Below, in pieces: positions 25,559 through 37,300 of a stretch of DNA of 64,000 nt (positions are counted from its first letter, which is position 1; each line of letters opens with the position of its first letter). The position numbers were made by a program, and so were the translations under genes. The DNA comes from an uncultured Eubacteriales bacterium (lineage in GTDB: Bacteria > Bacillota > Clostridia > Christensenellales > CAG-138): contig CACWYB010000002.1 in assembly GCA_902765005.1 (NCBI GenBank), positions 74,553-138,552 on the forward strand, in the 5' to 3' direction. The notes beneath the pieces were generated by a model, which was not told the origin of the DNA, did no database searches, and saw only the letters and a list, made by a program, of their open reading frames with translations.

Positions 25559-27190
25559 ATGAAACATATATCGATGAAAGCATTTGCGAAGCGAATATGG
25601 TTCCTGGCGGCGTTGTTGGTAATGGCGACGCTGCCTTTGCGTCCGGCATCCGCCCAGGCAAGCTTCACCGGCGTGGTCACCTACAGAAGCGGCAAGAACG
25701 CGTATCTGCAGAGCGGCACCACGGGCATCTTGGCTCACCTGGACAGCTCCAACGACCCGGAGCTCATGGACGGAGTGAAGCGGGGCAAGGTGGTCACCGT
25801 CACCGGCGCGCAGATCCCGTTTAATCAGGGCGGATATGTGATCCCCGAGATCACCGATGCCATGATCGTCAGCATTTCGGACGGCGGCGCCTCAGCGGCC
25901 ACGGTCTCCGCCTCCCTGGGGGCCCTGGGGAACGAGCTGATGGCGGTGCGGGTCCGGGTGGAGGGCACCAAGGGGGACCTGGCGGCCAAGCTGCAGATTT
26001 CCCCGGACAAGCTGGCGGAGTATTCGGAGGACCAGGTGCTGGTGGCCACGGGCGTGCTGTCCGCCAACACAAGCGGCATGATCCTGCTGGGAGCCGGCGT
26101 CCAGCCCAAGGCTACCCCCGCACCCACAGAGGCCCCCACGCCCGAACCAACGTCTGTACCTACGGACACGCCTGAGCCTACGGCGCCGCCCACGGGCACG
26201 CCTGAGCCTACGGCACCGCCCACGGACACGCCGGCACTCACTGCGCCGCCGACGAATACCCCTGCGCCCACAGCCGCGCCCGCCGGGGCGGGAGATGGCG
26301 CCGGCGCCGGATATGGGGCAGGAACCGGGCAGGGAGAAGGCACAGGGGTCCAGGGTACCGGCCCGGGGGCCGATGGCTCCGGCACAGGGTCAGGAGAAGG
26401 GGAGGAACCAGGCACGGCGGTCAGCGGCGGTATCGGCTCCACCGGAGATGGCACGAGCACAGCCGCCCAGGAACCCGGCCATGAGACAGCCGCTGGAGGA
26501 GCGGACACCGCCCCGTCATCCCCTGTCACAGCACAGGCCACAGCGCAGGCTACCGCCAAGCCTTCGCCGGAAGCTACGGCGGCCACGGCCAGTATTACGC
26601 CAAAAGCAACAACGGCGGCCACGGCCGGGAGCACGCCAAAAACAACGGCGCAGGCCACGGCAGAGGTCACGGCGATAGCGACGCCTGCGCCGACGGTGAT
26701 AGCAACCGCATCGGTTACGGCAGCGCCCACGGCGAAGGCAACGAAAAGGGCTACCCAAAGACCCACCCAAACGTCGACGCCGACAGCTGCGCCCACGGTT
26801 TCGCCCACCCCAAAGGCGGCGGAACCGACCCGGCAGAAAGAGACCGCCCCGCCTACGGCCACAGAGGAATCGTTTGCCGCGCCGACGCCCATTGACCTGA
26901 TGCCGCAGACCGCTTCGCCTCAACCTGCGAGCACCCCTGAAAAGCCTGAGCCCACCCCCACGGTCAGGGAGGCGCCCCAGATTGAAGTTCAGGTGCTGGC
27001 GAGCTTCACGCCCGAGCCCACGGCGTCGCCCGCCGCTACGGAGGCGTCCTCCCCGGCACCGGAGGAAGGGCAGGAAAGGGACATAGCCCCCTTTGCAGGG
27101 CTCCTGTTTTTGGGCGGCATGGGGTCCATGGTCCTGGGGTGCGGGTATGTGCTGTTCCGGCAGATCGTAAAGAAAAAGCAGCCCCGATAG
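25559..27190 (+). CDS. Secreted, C-terminally membrane-anchored protein with a long Pro/Thr/Ala/Gly-rich disordered stalk
   Basis: 543 aa. Signal peptide (ALLVMATLPLRPASAQA), a ~170-aa folded N-terminal domain, low-complexity repeats, and a C-terminal TM helix plus basic tail (LLFLGGMGSMVLGCGYVLFRQIVKKKQPR). Confidence 0.65.
   Translation: MKHISMKAFAKRIWFLAALLVMATLPLRPASAQASFTGVVTYRSGKNAYLQSGTTGILAHLDSSNDPELMDGVKRGKVVTVTGAQIPFNQGGYVIPEITDAMIVSISDGGASAATVSASLGALGNELMAVRVRVEGTKGDLAAKLQISPDKLAEYSEDQVLVATGVLSANTSGMILLGAGVQPKATPAPTEAPTPEPTSVPTDTPEPTAPPTGTPEPTAPPTDTPALTAPPTNTPAPTAAPAGAGDGAGAGYGAGTGQGEGTGVQGTGPGADGSGTGSGEGEEPGTAVSGGIGSTGDGTSTAAQEPGHETAAGGADTAPSSPVTAQATAQATAKPSPEATAATASITPKATTAATAGSTPKTTAQATAEVTAIATPAPTVIATASVTAAPTAKATKRATQRPTQTSTPTAAPTVSPTPKAAEPTRQKETAPPTATEESFAAPTPIDLMPQTASPQPASTPEKPEPTPTVREAPQIEVQVLASFTPEPTASPAATEASSPAPEEGQERDIAPFAGLLFLGGMGSMVLGCGYVLFRQIVKKKQPR
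26168..26257 (+). repeat. Three tandem 30-bp coding repeats (decapeptide TPEPTAPPTG-type)
   Basis: acgcctgagcctacggcgccgcccacgggc / acgcctgagcctacggcaccgcccacggac / acgccggcactcactgcgccgccgacgaat. Confidence 0.7.
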
Positions 27191-27217
27191 CGAGGCTGCC
27201 GCTGGAAGCGAAAGCAG

Positions 27218-27991
27218 TCAAGTGAGCTTCTGCTGGCGCATCCAGTAGGTCATGACGAAGCTGTGGGGCAGGAGCTTGGCCAGGACCCCCTGGAACCGGG
27301 CCACGAAGCCGTATTTACTCATATCCCTGCCGGCTTTGGCATCCCGCCAAGCCCGGGAAACGATGTCCTTGGGGTCGTACATGGCGGCGTAATGCTTGAC
27401 CACTGCGTCCCTATCGGGGGCGATGGCCCGGTCGAAGAAAGCCGTCTTTGTCCAGAAGGGGCACACCGCGGTGACGGTGATGCCTTTTTTCTTCAGCTCT
27501 CGGCTCAGCGCCCGGCTGTAGCTGAGCACAAAGGCCTTGCTGGCCCCGTAAACCCCGATGTAGGGAATGGGCTGATAGGCTGCCACGGAGGCGATGTTGA
27601 TGATGCGGCTGCCGGCGCCCATCCGGGGCACGGTCAGCTGGCAGAGGGCCTGCAGGGCCTGGCAGTTCAGATCCACCATGTTGAGGTTCTCCGCCAGGGG
27701 CGTGTCCTCAATGGCCTGAAACTTTCCGAAGCCGCTGGCATTCACCAGCAGCCCCACCTCCACCGGCGCCTCCGAAAGAGCCTTCGCGTATACATCGAAG
27801 CTTTTCCGGTCCGTCAAATCGAGAGGCAGCGCCCGTACCGGGTAGGGCGAAACCGCCTGCAGCTCCACCAGCTTGTCCCGGCTCCGGGCAATGGCCCAGA
27901 CCTCGTCGAAGGGCCCCATCTCCCCACAGGTTTCCACAAACCGGCGGCCCATGCCGCTGGACGCCCCGGTGATCACCGCGATACGCTTCAT
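27218..27991 (-). CDS. SDR-family oxidoreductase
   Basis: 257 aa. Cofactor motif TGASSGMG and catalytic YGASKAF. Confidence 0.9.
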   Translation of the reverse strand: MKRIAVITGASSGMGRRFVETCGEMGPFDEVWAIARSRDKLVELQAVSPYPVRALPLDLTDRKSFDVYAKALSEAPVEVGLLVNASGFGKFQAIEDTPLAENLNMVDLNCQALQALCQLTVPRMGAGSRIINIASVAAYQPIPYIGVYGASKAFVLSYSRALSRELKKKGITVTAVCPFWTKTAFFDRAIAPDRDAVVKHYAAMYDPKDIVSRAWRDAKAGRDMSKYGFVARFQGVLAKLLPHSFVMTYWMRQQKLT

Positions 27992-28156
27992 ATCTTACCG
28001 TCCTTTTTTTGCTTTTGTTTGCAGTATGGGGCAGGCGGGGCGTGTTGTCAAGAGGAGACGAGCCAGCGAAAATGAGATAGAGAAAGAGAGAGCAGAGGAA
28101 AGGTTCCTTAGATGAAGTATATTCAATTATGAAAAGACAATTCGACGTTTCATATC

Positions 28157-28185
28157 TTGTAATCAAGAATTATCCTTGCTATAAT
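28157..28185 (+). promoter_or_regulatory. Sigma-A promoter in the AT-rich region upstream of the giant gene
   Basis: TTGTAA (28157-28162), 17 nt, extended -10 TGcTATAAT (28177-28185). Confidence 0.55.
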
Positions 28186-28331
28186 ATACATGCTACACAA
28201 TCAAATACTGCCGGATTCTGTCAGTAAGGAGGGCTGCGCTTTTTCTTTGGAAAAGACGTATGCCTTTCATCATGTTCTCCTTGCTGAGGCAGGATGCGAT
28301 TGTGTAGCGACAAAGGGCATATGCTTTTCAC

Positions 28332-28360
28332 GCGCAGCCGTTAAGGCTGCGCATTTTTTT
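28332..28360 (+). terminator. Intrinsic terminator-like hairpin inside the 5' leader of the giant gene (candidate attenuator)
   Basis: gcgcagcc-gttaa-ggctgcgc followed by aTTTTTTT, located 40 nt before the ATG at 28400. Confidence 0.6.
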
Positions 28361-28399
28361 GTATAGCACCTGCAATATACAGGATGAAAGGATAGAAAC

Positions 28400-31300
28400 A
28401 TGAAAAAACGTATCTTCTCTTTGTTGCTCGCTGCGATCATGTTGGTATCCATGTTGCCAATCAGCGCTCTGGCCGAGGAAGACGAAGCGCAGCCTGAAGT
28501 GACGGAACCCACCTCAACGGCATCAGAGGCGGAAACGGCCCCGGAGGATGAGGAGACAGATACGGAGGATACGTCCGCAGAGTCGGAACAGCCGGAAGAG
28601 ACCCAGGCACCGGAGGCCCAGACGCCAGCAGAGGAGGTGCCCACAGAGTCGGAGGCACCGGCCGAAACCGAGACGCCCGCGGAGACGGAAGCCCCCGCAG
28701 AGCCGGCTGAGCCTGTGGCGGAAGAGACGGCCGAGACTGAGATGCCCGCAGAAACGCAGGAACCGGAGGAAGAGCCGGTTGAGACGGAAGCTCCGTCCGA
28801 AGAGCCGGAACTGTCTGCCGAAACACCTGCGCTTGTGGCGGAAGAACCGGCGGCGGAAGAGACCCCGGCGACAACGGAGGCTCCTGCTGAGACGCCCGAA
28901 CCGGTCGTGGAAGAGAAGCCCGCTGAAACGGAAGTTCCTGCTGAAACCGAGGCGCCTGTGGCGGAGGAGCCTGCGGAGCCGGAGATCACGCTTTCGCTCA
29001 ACAGTCTGAGCAATGTTCGCCTTGTGAACGGGGCGGCAGAGTTCGTGGTGACGGCCACCTGCAACCGGGCGGATGTGGCGATCCGCTACCAGTGGCAGAA
29101 GCTGAACACCAAGGGCCCCTACACCCAGATCGAAGATGCGGCTGAGCGGGCCGCGGCCCGAGAGGAGGCCTGGGAGAACCTGGGCAACGGGACGAACAAG
29201 CTGACGTTCCAGGGAATCGAAGACTATTCGTCATATGAAGATTTGCTGTTCCGCTGCCGGGTCACGGCAGGGGACGTTGTTGTATACACGCGGGAAGTGA
29301 AACTGCTCCCCGAGGAGCAGGCGGAGGAGCCGGAAGCGGCTGAACCGGAACCCACAGAGGTGCCCGAGGCGCAGGAGCCTGCGGAGGAAACACCCGCCGA
29401 AGACCCTGCTGTTGAACCGGAAGCAACGCAGGAGCCGGAGCCTGAAACCGTAACGGAGGAACCCTCCGCGGAGCCGGAAACTGCAGCGGAGGAGCCTTCC
29501 GAGGAACCGACAACAGAAGCAGAACCTGTCCCCGAAACAGAAGCGGAACCGGAGGAAGAACCCGCAGCCCAGGCAGAGCCTGCGGAGGAAACGCCCGCAG
29601 AAGACCCTGCCGCTGAACCGGAAGCAACGCCGGAGCCGGAGCCTGAAACCGTAACGGAAGAACCCTCCGCGGAGCCTGAGACCGCAGCGGAGGAGCCTTC
29701 CGAGAAACCGACAATAGAAGCAGAACCTGTCCCCGAAACCGAGGCGGAACCGGAAGAAAACCCTGAGGATCCGGAGGAGCCGGAGACTGCCCCGGAAACC
29801 GAGGCGGAACCAGAAGATACAGAAGAGCCGGAAGAACCCGTGGTTCAGGAAGAGACCGTGGACGAGACGCCTGCGGAAGAACCTGCTGCGGAACCGGAAG
29901 ATACCCAGGAGTCGGAAGAGGAAATTCAGCCGGAGCTCCCGGCTTTGCCCAAGACTTTGATACCCATTCGCACCCGGGGCGCGGCCAGCGGCACCTATAC
30001 TTTGGTCACCTCCGCTTCTCAGCTTTCTGCCGGAGATGAAATCATCCTGGTCAGCGATGATGGCGCATACTTCTATACCATGGGCTCCGGCTTTGGTGGC
30101 GTGCAGGCAACGATTGGAGCCAACTCTCTGGAAGCCCCGGCAGGGACGGAGGCTCTGACTCTGGTCGAAGCCGACGGCGGCTGGTTGCTGTCTACCGGTT
30201 CCGGATACCTTTCCGCCAACGGAAGCGCCCTGACCATTGTATCTGATGCTGATGACGCATCCGTATGGACGATCTCCATCGCCAACGAGGAGGCGACAAT
30301 CTCTACCGCAGGCGGAGACATTTGCTTTGATGGAAACACCTTCTTTTATGGTAATGGGGGTTATCCTCTTTCTATATATATTAAAATAGATCTTTCAACA
30401 CCTCAGCCGCTATATAACGACCTGTGGTGGACACTAGTCAACGGTAAGTTGACTATCGGTGGTTGTGGCGAGATGCCTGATTTTTCATCTTCCTATAATC
30501 AGCCGTGGGCATATCAAAATATAGTTGATGTGGAAATACAAGATGAAGTGACAAGAATCGGCAATTATGCTTTTAGTAGTTGCACCGAGCTACAATCGGT
30601 AATGATTGGGGATAGCGTATCAAGCATTGGGATGTTCGCGTTTAACGAATGCACAGGGCTTAAGTCAGTTACTATGCCATGTAGCGCAAGCATTGGCCGC
30701 TATGCTTTTCAAAACTGCAAAGCCATTACTTGTGTTGACTTGACCAAAGGAACAGGAATAATGCCATTATATAAAATGGATCCGTATGTTTCCGGAATAA
30801 ATTATGAATGGACACCATGGTATATTTCTCGCAATCACACATTGACGGTTAGCATAGATAATGGTGTTGAAGTAATCAGCGATTATGCTTTTTACGAATG
30901 CAGTGGATTAAAAGAAATTGAAATACCGGAAAGTGTTAAAAGTATCGGGTGTAAAGCCTTCTATAATACTGGATGGTGGAATATACAAAGCGATGGTGTA
31001 GTATATATAGACGCTTTTTTACTTGGTGTTAAAGGAACCGGCGTCCAGATTGTACGGATAAAAGAGGGGACAAAACAAATAACAGGTCAATCATTTGCTT
31101 ATAATGAACATATTACAAAGGTAACAATTCCAGATAGTGTTATAAGTATTGGTGAGGCTGCATTTGAAAATTGCACTGGGTTGGTGTCGGTTGCTATTGG
31201 AAACGGTGTCACAAGTATCGGAAAGCATGCTTTTCAAAGCTGTACAGCACTTACATCCATTTCCATACCAGACAGTGTCAACAATATTGAGTGGGGTGCA

Positions 31301-34300
31301 TTTAGCAACTGCACGGGATTAGTTTCAGTCGAACTTGGTAGCGGCGTTATCAGTATTGGTGGCAGTGCATTCCACTACTGCACTGGGCTCACATCCATCA
31401 TTATACCGGATGGCGTCACTAGCATTAATGAATTTACGTTCAAAGGTTGTAGCGAATTAACTTCGATTATAATTGGAAATAGCGTGACAAGCATTGGTCA
31501 AGCGGCTTTTGTTGGATGTAGTAAGTTAGCAACAATCACAATGCCTTGTAGCATAAATCTTATAGCAGAGAATTATGATTCTCCAAATTTTTTTAGCGGT
31601 TGCTCAAGTTTGACTAGTTTCCGATTGACTGTTGGAACGGGTACAATGCCAGACTATTCTATAAGCAACAAACATGTAAATCATTATCAACTTGCGCCAT
31701 GGTATATTAGTCGCGAAAATGCGCTTACAATAACCCTAGATGAAGGAATTCAACATATTGGTGCTTATGCTTTTCGTGGCTGCACGGGGCTGACGTCCAT
31801 TACGATTCCGGACAGCGTCACCAGCATCGAAAGCAATGCGTTTAATGGTTGTTCGGGGCTTACAGATGTGCACTATCACGGCACACCGCGAACCCGGAGC
31901 GTTATTGCGTTCAATGATTACAACGATGCCTTGCTTGACGCCACCTGGCATTATCTGCCGGTGAACAGCCTCGAGTGGATGCAGCAGCCCGATAAACTGA
32001 CCTATGATGAGGGTGAGGCTCTGAGCGTGGCTGGCGGTCAGATCAAGACGAGCTATGATTACGATATCGAGGAGACTGAAGACCTAACCCTTGATATGGT
32101 CACCGGGCTTGATAGCAGCATCGTCGGCACGCAGACCCTGACCGTGACCTTTGGCGAAAAGACCCTGACCTATGACGTGACCGTGAACCATGTGCCCGGC
32201 GAGCCGGTGCGGGAGAATGTGGTCGATGCCACCTGCACTGAGGTGGGCAGCTGCGACGAGGTGATCTGTTGCTCCGTCTGCGGCGAGGAACTGAGTCGCG
32301 AGACGAAGACGATCGACGCGCTCGGCCACGATCTTGTCCACCATGACGCTCAGGCGCCCACCTGCACCGAGATCGGCTGGGAGGCCTACGACACCTGCTC
32401 TCGCTGCGATTACACGACTTACGTGGAGATCCCTGTGTCGGGGCATACTCCAAGCGAACCGGTTCAAGAGAATTTGGTCGAAGCCACAATCACTGAGGGG
32501 GGAAGCTATGATGAGGTAGTATACTGCGCTGCCTGCGGAGAGGAGTTGAGCCGTGAGCAGAAGCTCATCGAGAAGCTATCCCCCGATCAGCAGTGCGGCG
32601 ACAATCTCTACTGGTCCTTCGACGAGGCCACCGGCGCCCTGACCATCACCGGCAGCGGGGCCATGTGGGACTTCAATGGGAATGAGGATGAATATGCGCC
32701 CTGGTACGAAATCAGGGATCAGATCCAGAGCGTTTCGCTGCCGGCAGGGTTGACCCATATCGGCGCGTACGCCTTCCATTGCTGCACCAACCTGGGGCTG
32801 AAGTCGATCCCGGATAGCCTCACGTCCATTGGCGAGATGGCCTTCGATCATTGCTATGGGTTGCGCAGCCTGTGCATTTCGGCAAGCATCGAAACCATTG
32901 GGCAGAGCGCGTTTACATACACAGGCTTGGAGGAAGTCGTCTTTGAAGACGGCGTGACCCGGATCGACGAAAGCATCTTCGGTTTCGGCACCGCGGAAGA
33001 GATGACGGTGTATCTGCCGTCCTCCATTACCTATGTCGGCGGCTGGGTGTTCGATCATAAGACGGTGGTGCGCTATGAGGGCACGCTGGCGGACAAGGCG
33101 AAACTTGAGATCGGCGAAGGGAACGAGGATGCCATCTGGAAGTACAGCTATGAGGAGCAGAACCAGATGGAGGTGACCGAAAGCACCGACGCAAAGACCG
33201 TTGTGCTGGAGGGAACGAGCGCGACCCTGCCGGCGGACATCTTTACAACGGGATATAAACCGGTGGAAGTGCATGCGGGCGAGGCGACGGTCGCTTTCGA
33301 TGCGGAGGCGGCGTTTGCCATTGGCGCATTTGAGCAGGAGGTGCAGCTGGCTATCCAGGTGACGCAGGCGAGCGAAACCCAGGTCAATGTGCAGATCGAT
33401 CTCACGGCAGGCGGCGCAAATGCCTTTGCCGAAGGAACGGAAGGCAGCGCCCTGGTCACCGTGCCCTTTGCCTTGCAGGAGGGAAAGCTGCCCGTGGTCT
33501 ATCTGGTGGAAGGGGAAACGCGGACGCAGATGCCGGTGGAGAGCTACACGGAAACTGCCGTCAGCTTCCGGGCAGCCCATTTCTCGGAGTATGAGATTAA
33601 TCAGGTCAATGCGATCACAATCACCTTCATGGATGGGGAAGAAGTGATTGACAGCGTCACCATTCCCGAAGGGACGGCCATTCCCCCGGAGCAGATCCCC
33701 ACGCCTTCAAAGGAAGGCTTTATCCTTGGGGGTTGGATTATTGAGGGTACATCGACCGCAGTGGACATAACGACAGCATTCTATGAGGATGCTGTCCTCC
33801 ATACGAACTGGGTGGAGGCCGTTGGCGTCACCATCGACGAGAACACCTTCCCGGATGAGCAGTTTAGAATGGTCGTTGGGAGAGACATCGATTCGGATGG
33901 CAACGGCATATTGACTGCCGAAGAGATTCGCGCAGCAGAGACGATAGTCTGCGGCGAATCGGAAATTGGTTCTCTCCAGGGGATTCAGCTCTTTACAAAT
34001 CTTAAAAATCTGTATTGCTCGGACAACCTGCTGACTCAGCTGGATGTGAGCGGGAATACAGAGCTGAGTACCTTGTATTGCAGAAACAATCAGCTGACGA
34101 CATTGGATCTAAGTAAAAACACCCTGCTGGAGAGTTTGGACTGCGGTTGGAATCAGCTGACGGTGCTTGATTTGAGCAAGCAGACGCAATTAAAGAATCT
34201 CTACTGTGATTACAATTACCTGACGAAGCTTGACCTTGCGGGCAAGACGTTGGACTATTGCGCCATCGATCAGCATCTGCCCATGGCCAACCTTGTTAAG

Positions 34301-37300
34301 GTGGAAGACACTGAAAACGTGTTCACGCTGGACCTGGCAACCATTTTTGCCCCCGATGCGCTGGAAGGCATTACCATGGTCCGCTCGAGTGATGAAAACA
34401 TGCCTGTGGCGTATGATTCGACTACGCATGTCGTCACGTTTGCGAATGGGATCTATTACGGTCTGGAAATCATTTGCACCGCAAGTACCGGAATCGACGG
34501 CACGGAGATGGATGTGTACATCCCGGTATGTTACATGCCGCCCATCGATCAGGATCGGGCGTACTTTGATCTGCACTTTAATCAGATAGATGGCTGGTTG
34601 ACCAACGATGTGGAGTATGGTGTCACTGTGAAGATCTCCACGATTGAGGAGCTGCAGGCGATCTTTGTCAACAATCATGTGGACGTGAATCTAAACAGCT
34701 GCCCGTCAGAGGATGATCCATTTTTTAAGGAGGTCCTCCATCAGAAGGACCGGATCAGGTCCTTCGGCTTCTACTTCGACGGCGCGTTTACGCTGACGAT
34801 CGAGGAGGGAGACAACTTCGTCGGCTCATTCTACTTGAACAACGAAAACGCGGATATTACGATCATCAGAAACGCGCCTGTGATGGATGGAACGGACGAC
34901 AGCATCGAAGTGAACGCCGGCAGACTGGACTATACCGGTGACGTGTCCAGGCTGCTGCTCAGGGGCCGTTTGAATGGGAATGATACCGCGCAATCTTCCG
35001 TGACTATTCGCGGCAGCGTGCAGGATCTGATTTGGACCACCTTCGCTCAAGGGGAATATACTCCCTATTTGGGGGATGTGTTCGTTTCGGGAACGATTGC
35101 CAACGGCGAGCAGAACGGCAAAAACGAGGTTGACCTGGACAGCCTGAACATCGGCCAGAATCTGGGAAAGGTGGAGCTCAATCTGCCTGTCGTCAAGTTC
35201 AAAAAGGATGCGATCGACTCGGCACCCGTTCAGATCATAGATGACGGCGTGCTGCTGGAAGGAACCGGTCTTGCGGTGGAGGCTGTTTCCATAGGCAGGG
35301 AGGACATTTCACACATTAGCCTGTATTGCGCCATTGGATCTGATTCTCAAGCATGGCGGGTCAGCGTCCAGTTGGATCCGGAAAAGTATACTTCGGATGC
35401 CATGAAAGCGGAGCTGGAAGGCTTCACCATGGCTGATCTTTGGGGCAGCGCGCCGGACGAGGCGGACCATATCGACGTGGATTTGACGCTGAACGGAGAT
35501 AGCACGATCCCGACACAGCTTGAGATCAACGGAAATTATAGGACCGTGTATGTCAGTGGCGGCAACTATACCCTCCAATCCGGCAGCGTGTTTGGAAACA
35601 TGTATGTCAATACACCTGTTAGCCCCGGCCGGTTTGCGGGCTGGAAGGACACGGTCATATCGATCAACTGTCCGGTCAACCAGTTGATATTCTATGGCTT
35701 GTTGCGCAATACAACCGTTATCTTGGGTGAAAATGGCCATGTAAGCGAAGGCCAGAAGAATATTCTTGATCGGTTTACCCTTGGGAGCACGCCGGGCCGC
35801 TTCTTCTTCGATGTGCAGGCGAACACAACTCTGTTGGAGAATGGCGATCTGAAGGTCATGAGCAGCGACGCCAATGATCGAGATGCGCTGGGCGCTATCC
35901 TGACGGACAGCAAGACGTTGAATGCCAGCGTGGATGGCTTGAATGCCGACAGCGAAGCTGCCTTCATGTATATCAATCAGACCGGCAGCGAGGATCTGAC
36001 GGAGGAAGAGAAGGCCGCGCTGCGCTCGCAGGAAACCAATTTGAATATGCTGAGCGCCGCTTTCCAGGTGGATGTGGCGAAGGTGAGCTTCGATGAAAGA
36101 GGCAACGCAACGAATGCGGAGGACGTGTCCCAGCTGAATAATGAAGTGACATTCACCCTGGAGCTCCCCGACGATCAGGCGAGCTATGATGTGTTCCGGC
36201 TCCACGAAGAAAACGGGGAGGTATCCGCTACCAAGCTCATCTCCACGGAGGAGGGTGATGATACAGTCACCTTGAGCAGCGACCTGTTCTCCAAGTTTGT
36301 GATGGTGAACACCAGCCCGGTGGAACTGGATTTTGTGCATCCGGAAGAAAAGTATCACCACTTCGAGTATTCTGAGGGCGGATGGCTTGTAACGGCGGAT
36401 GGCACAAATGAGCGGCTTCCGGTTTCCGCAGCGGATGCAAAGAGGCTTCTGATCAATGATAACTGGTTCTATCTGTCCTTCTTTGAAATTCCGTCCGATG
36501 AGGAGCGTTTCTACAGTGAGTACACAAACCAGCTGCGATCAGTTGAGTTCGTGTGTGCCGGCGAGATGACCTTCGATATCAGTTCTGACGCGCAGAGGCT
36601 AAACAGTATAACGGTCAACCGTCCGGGCGCCAACATTACCGTCAACTATCCTGCAGAGGATCATCCGTATCTATACGTAAATGTCTACAGTGGTAGCTTG
36701 ACATTCACGGGTGACATTAACAGCCTGATGCTGAATGGAAACGACAATTCCAATGCCGATTCTGTAGTTCGAGTAAATGGCAACGTTCAAGAGCTTACCT
36801 GGTATGGGAAAACTGCGGAGGTGGATTCCTATAACAATGGCGATCCATATTTGGGCGACCTGTATGTAACCGGACGGATCGCCAATGGCGAAGAGAGGGG
36901 AAGACGTGAGGTTGACATCCAGAATATCGGCATTGTCACGGTCAATCTGACCGTATCTTCCTTCTCAAAAACTAAAGAGGATGCCTCTTTGGTGATCGAG
37001 GATGGCGAACTGAAGCTTGTTCCTGAGTATACAATTGGCAATCAATTGACAGGCGCAGATGTTTCCTTGCTGTACCAGGCGGAATATGGCGGGACGGAGT
37101 GGACCTTGTTTATCGGATCGCTTTCCGGCGGCGACATGGGCTCTTTCTACCTGGGAGACGAATTTGATGCCTCCAGGATTATGCCTGGGGAAAACGTTTC
37201 TGTCGTCATTTGGGATTCCCCTGCCGACGGGACCCCCATCAGGTTGACTGGCCCCTTTAATATGGTTGATATTTATGCCGGCCGTGTAATACTGGAGGAG

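Noticed and set aside
24488-25738. 416-aa ORF on the minus strand
   Set aside because: It is antisense to the nucleoside hydrolase gene, whose DxDxxxDD fingerprint is unambiguous.
28259-28306. 15-codon mini-ORF (MPFIMFSLLRQDAIV) in the leader of the giant gene
   Set aside because: It has no Shine-Dalgarno sequence at a usable distance, since the AAGGAGG at 28226 is about 25 nt away. I cannot support it as a leader peptide. The leader is reported only as an RNA-level candidate.
28270-29064. 264-aa Ser/Ala/Gly-rich ORF on the minus strand
   Set aside because: It is the antisense reading of the Glu/Pro/Thr/Ala acidic repeats of the giant gene. GAA/GAG-rich sense codons give TTC/CTC-type open antisense frames.
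28500-29950. Highly repetitive DNA that could superficially resemble a CRISPR array or satellite
   Set aside because: The repeats are in frame within one long ORF, are imperfect, and have no unique spacers of constant length. They are coding tandem repeats. No CRISPR array or cas genes exist in the window.
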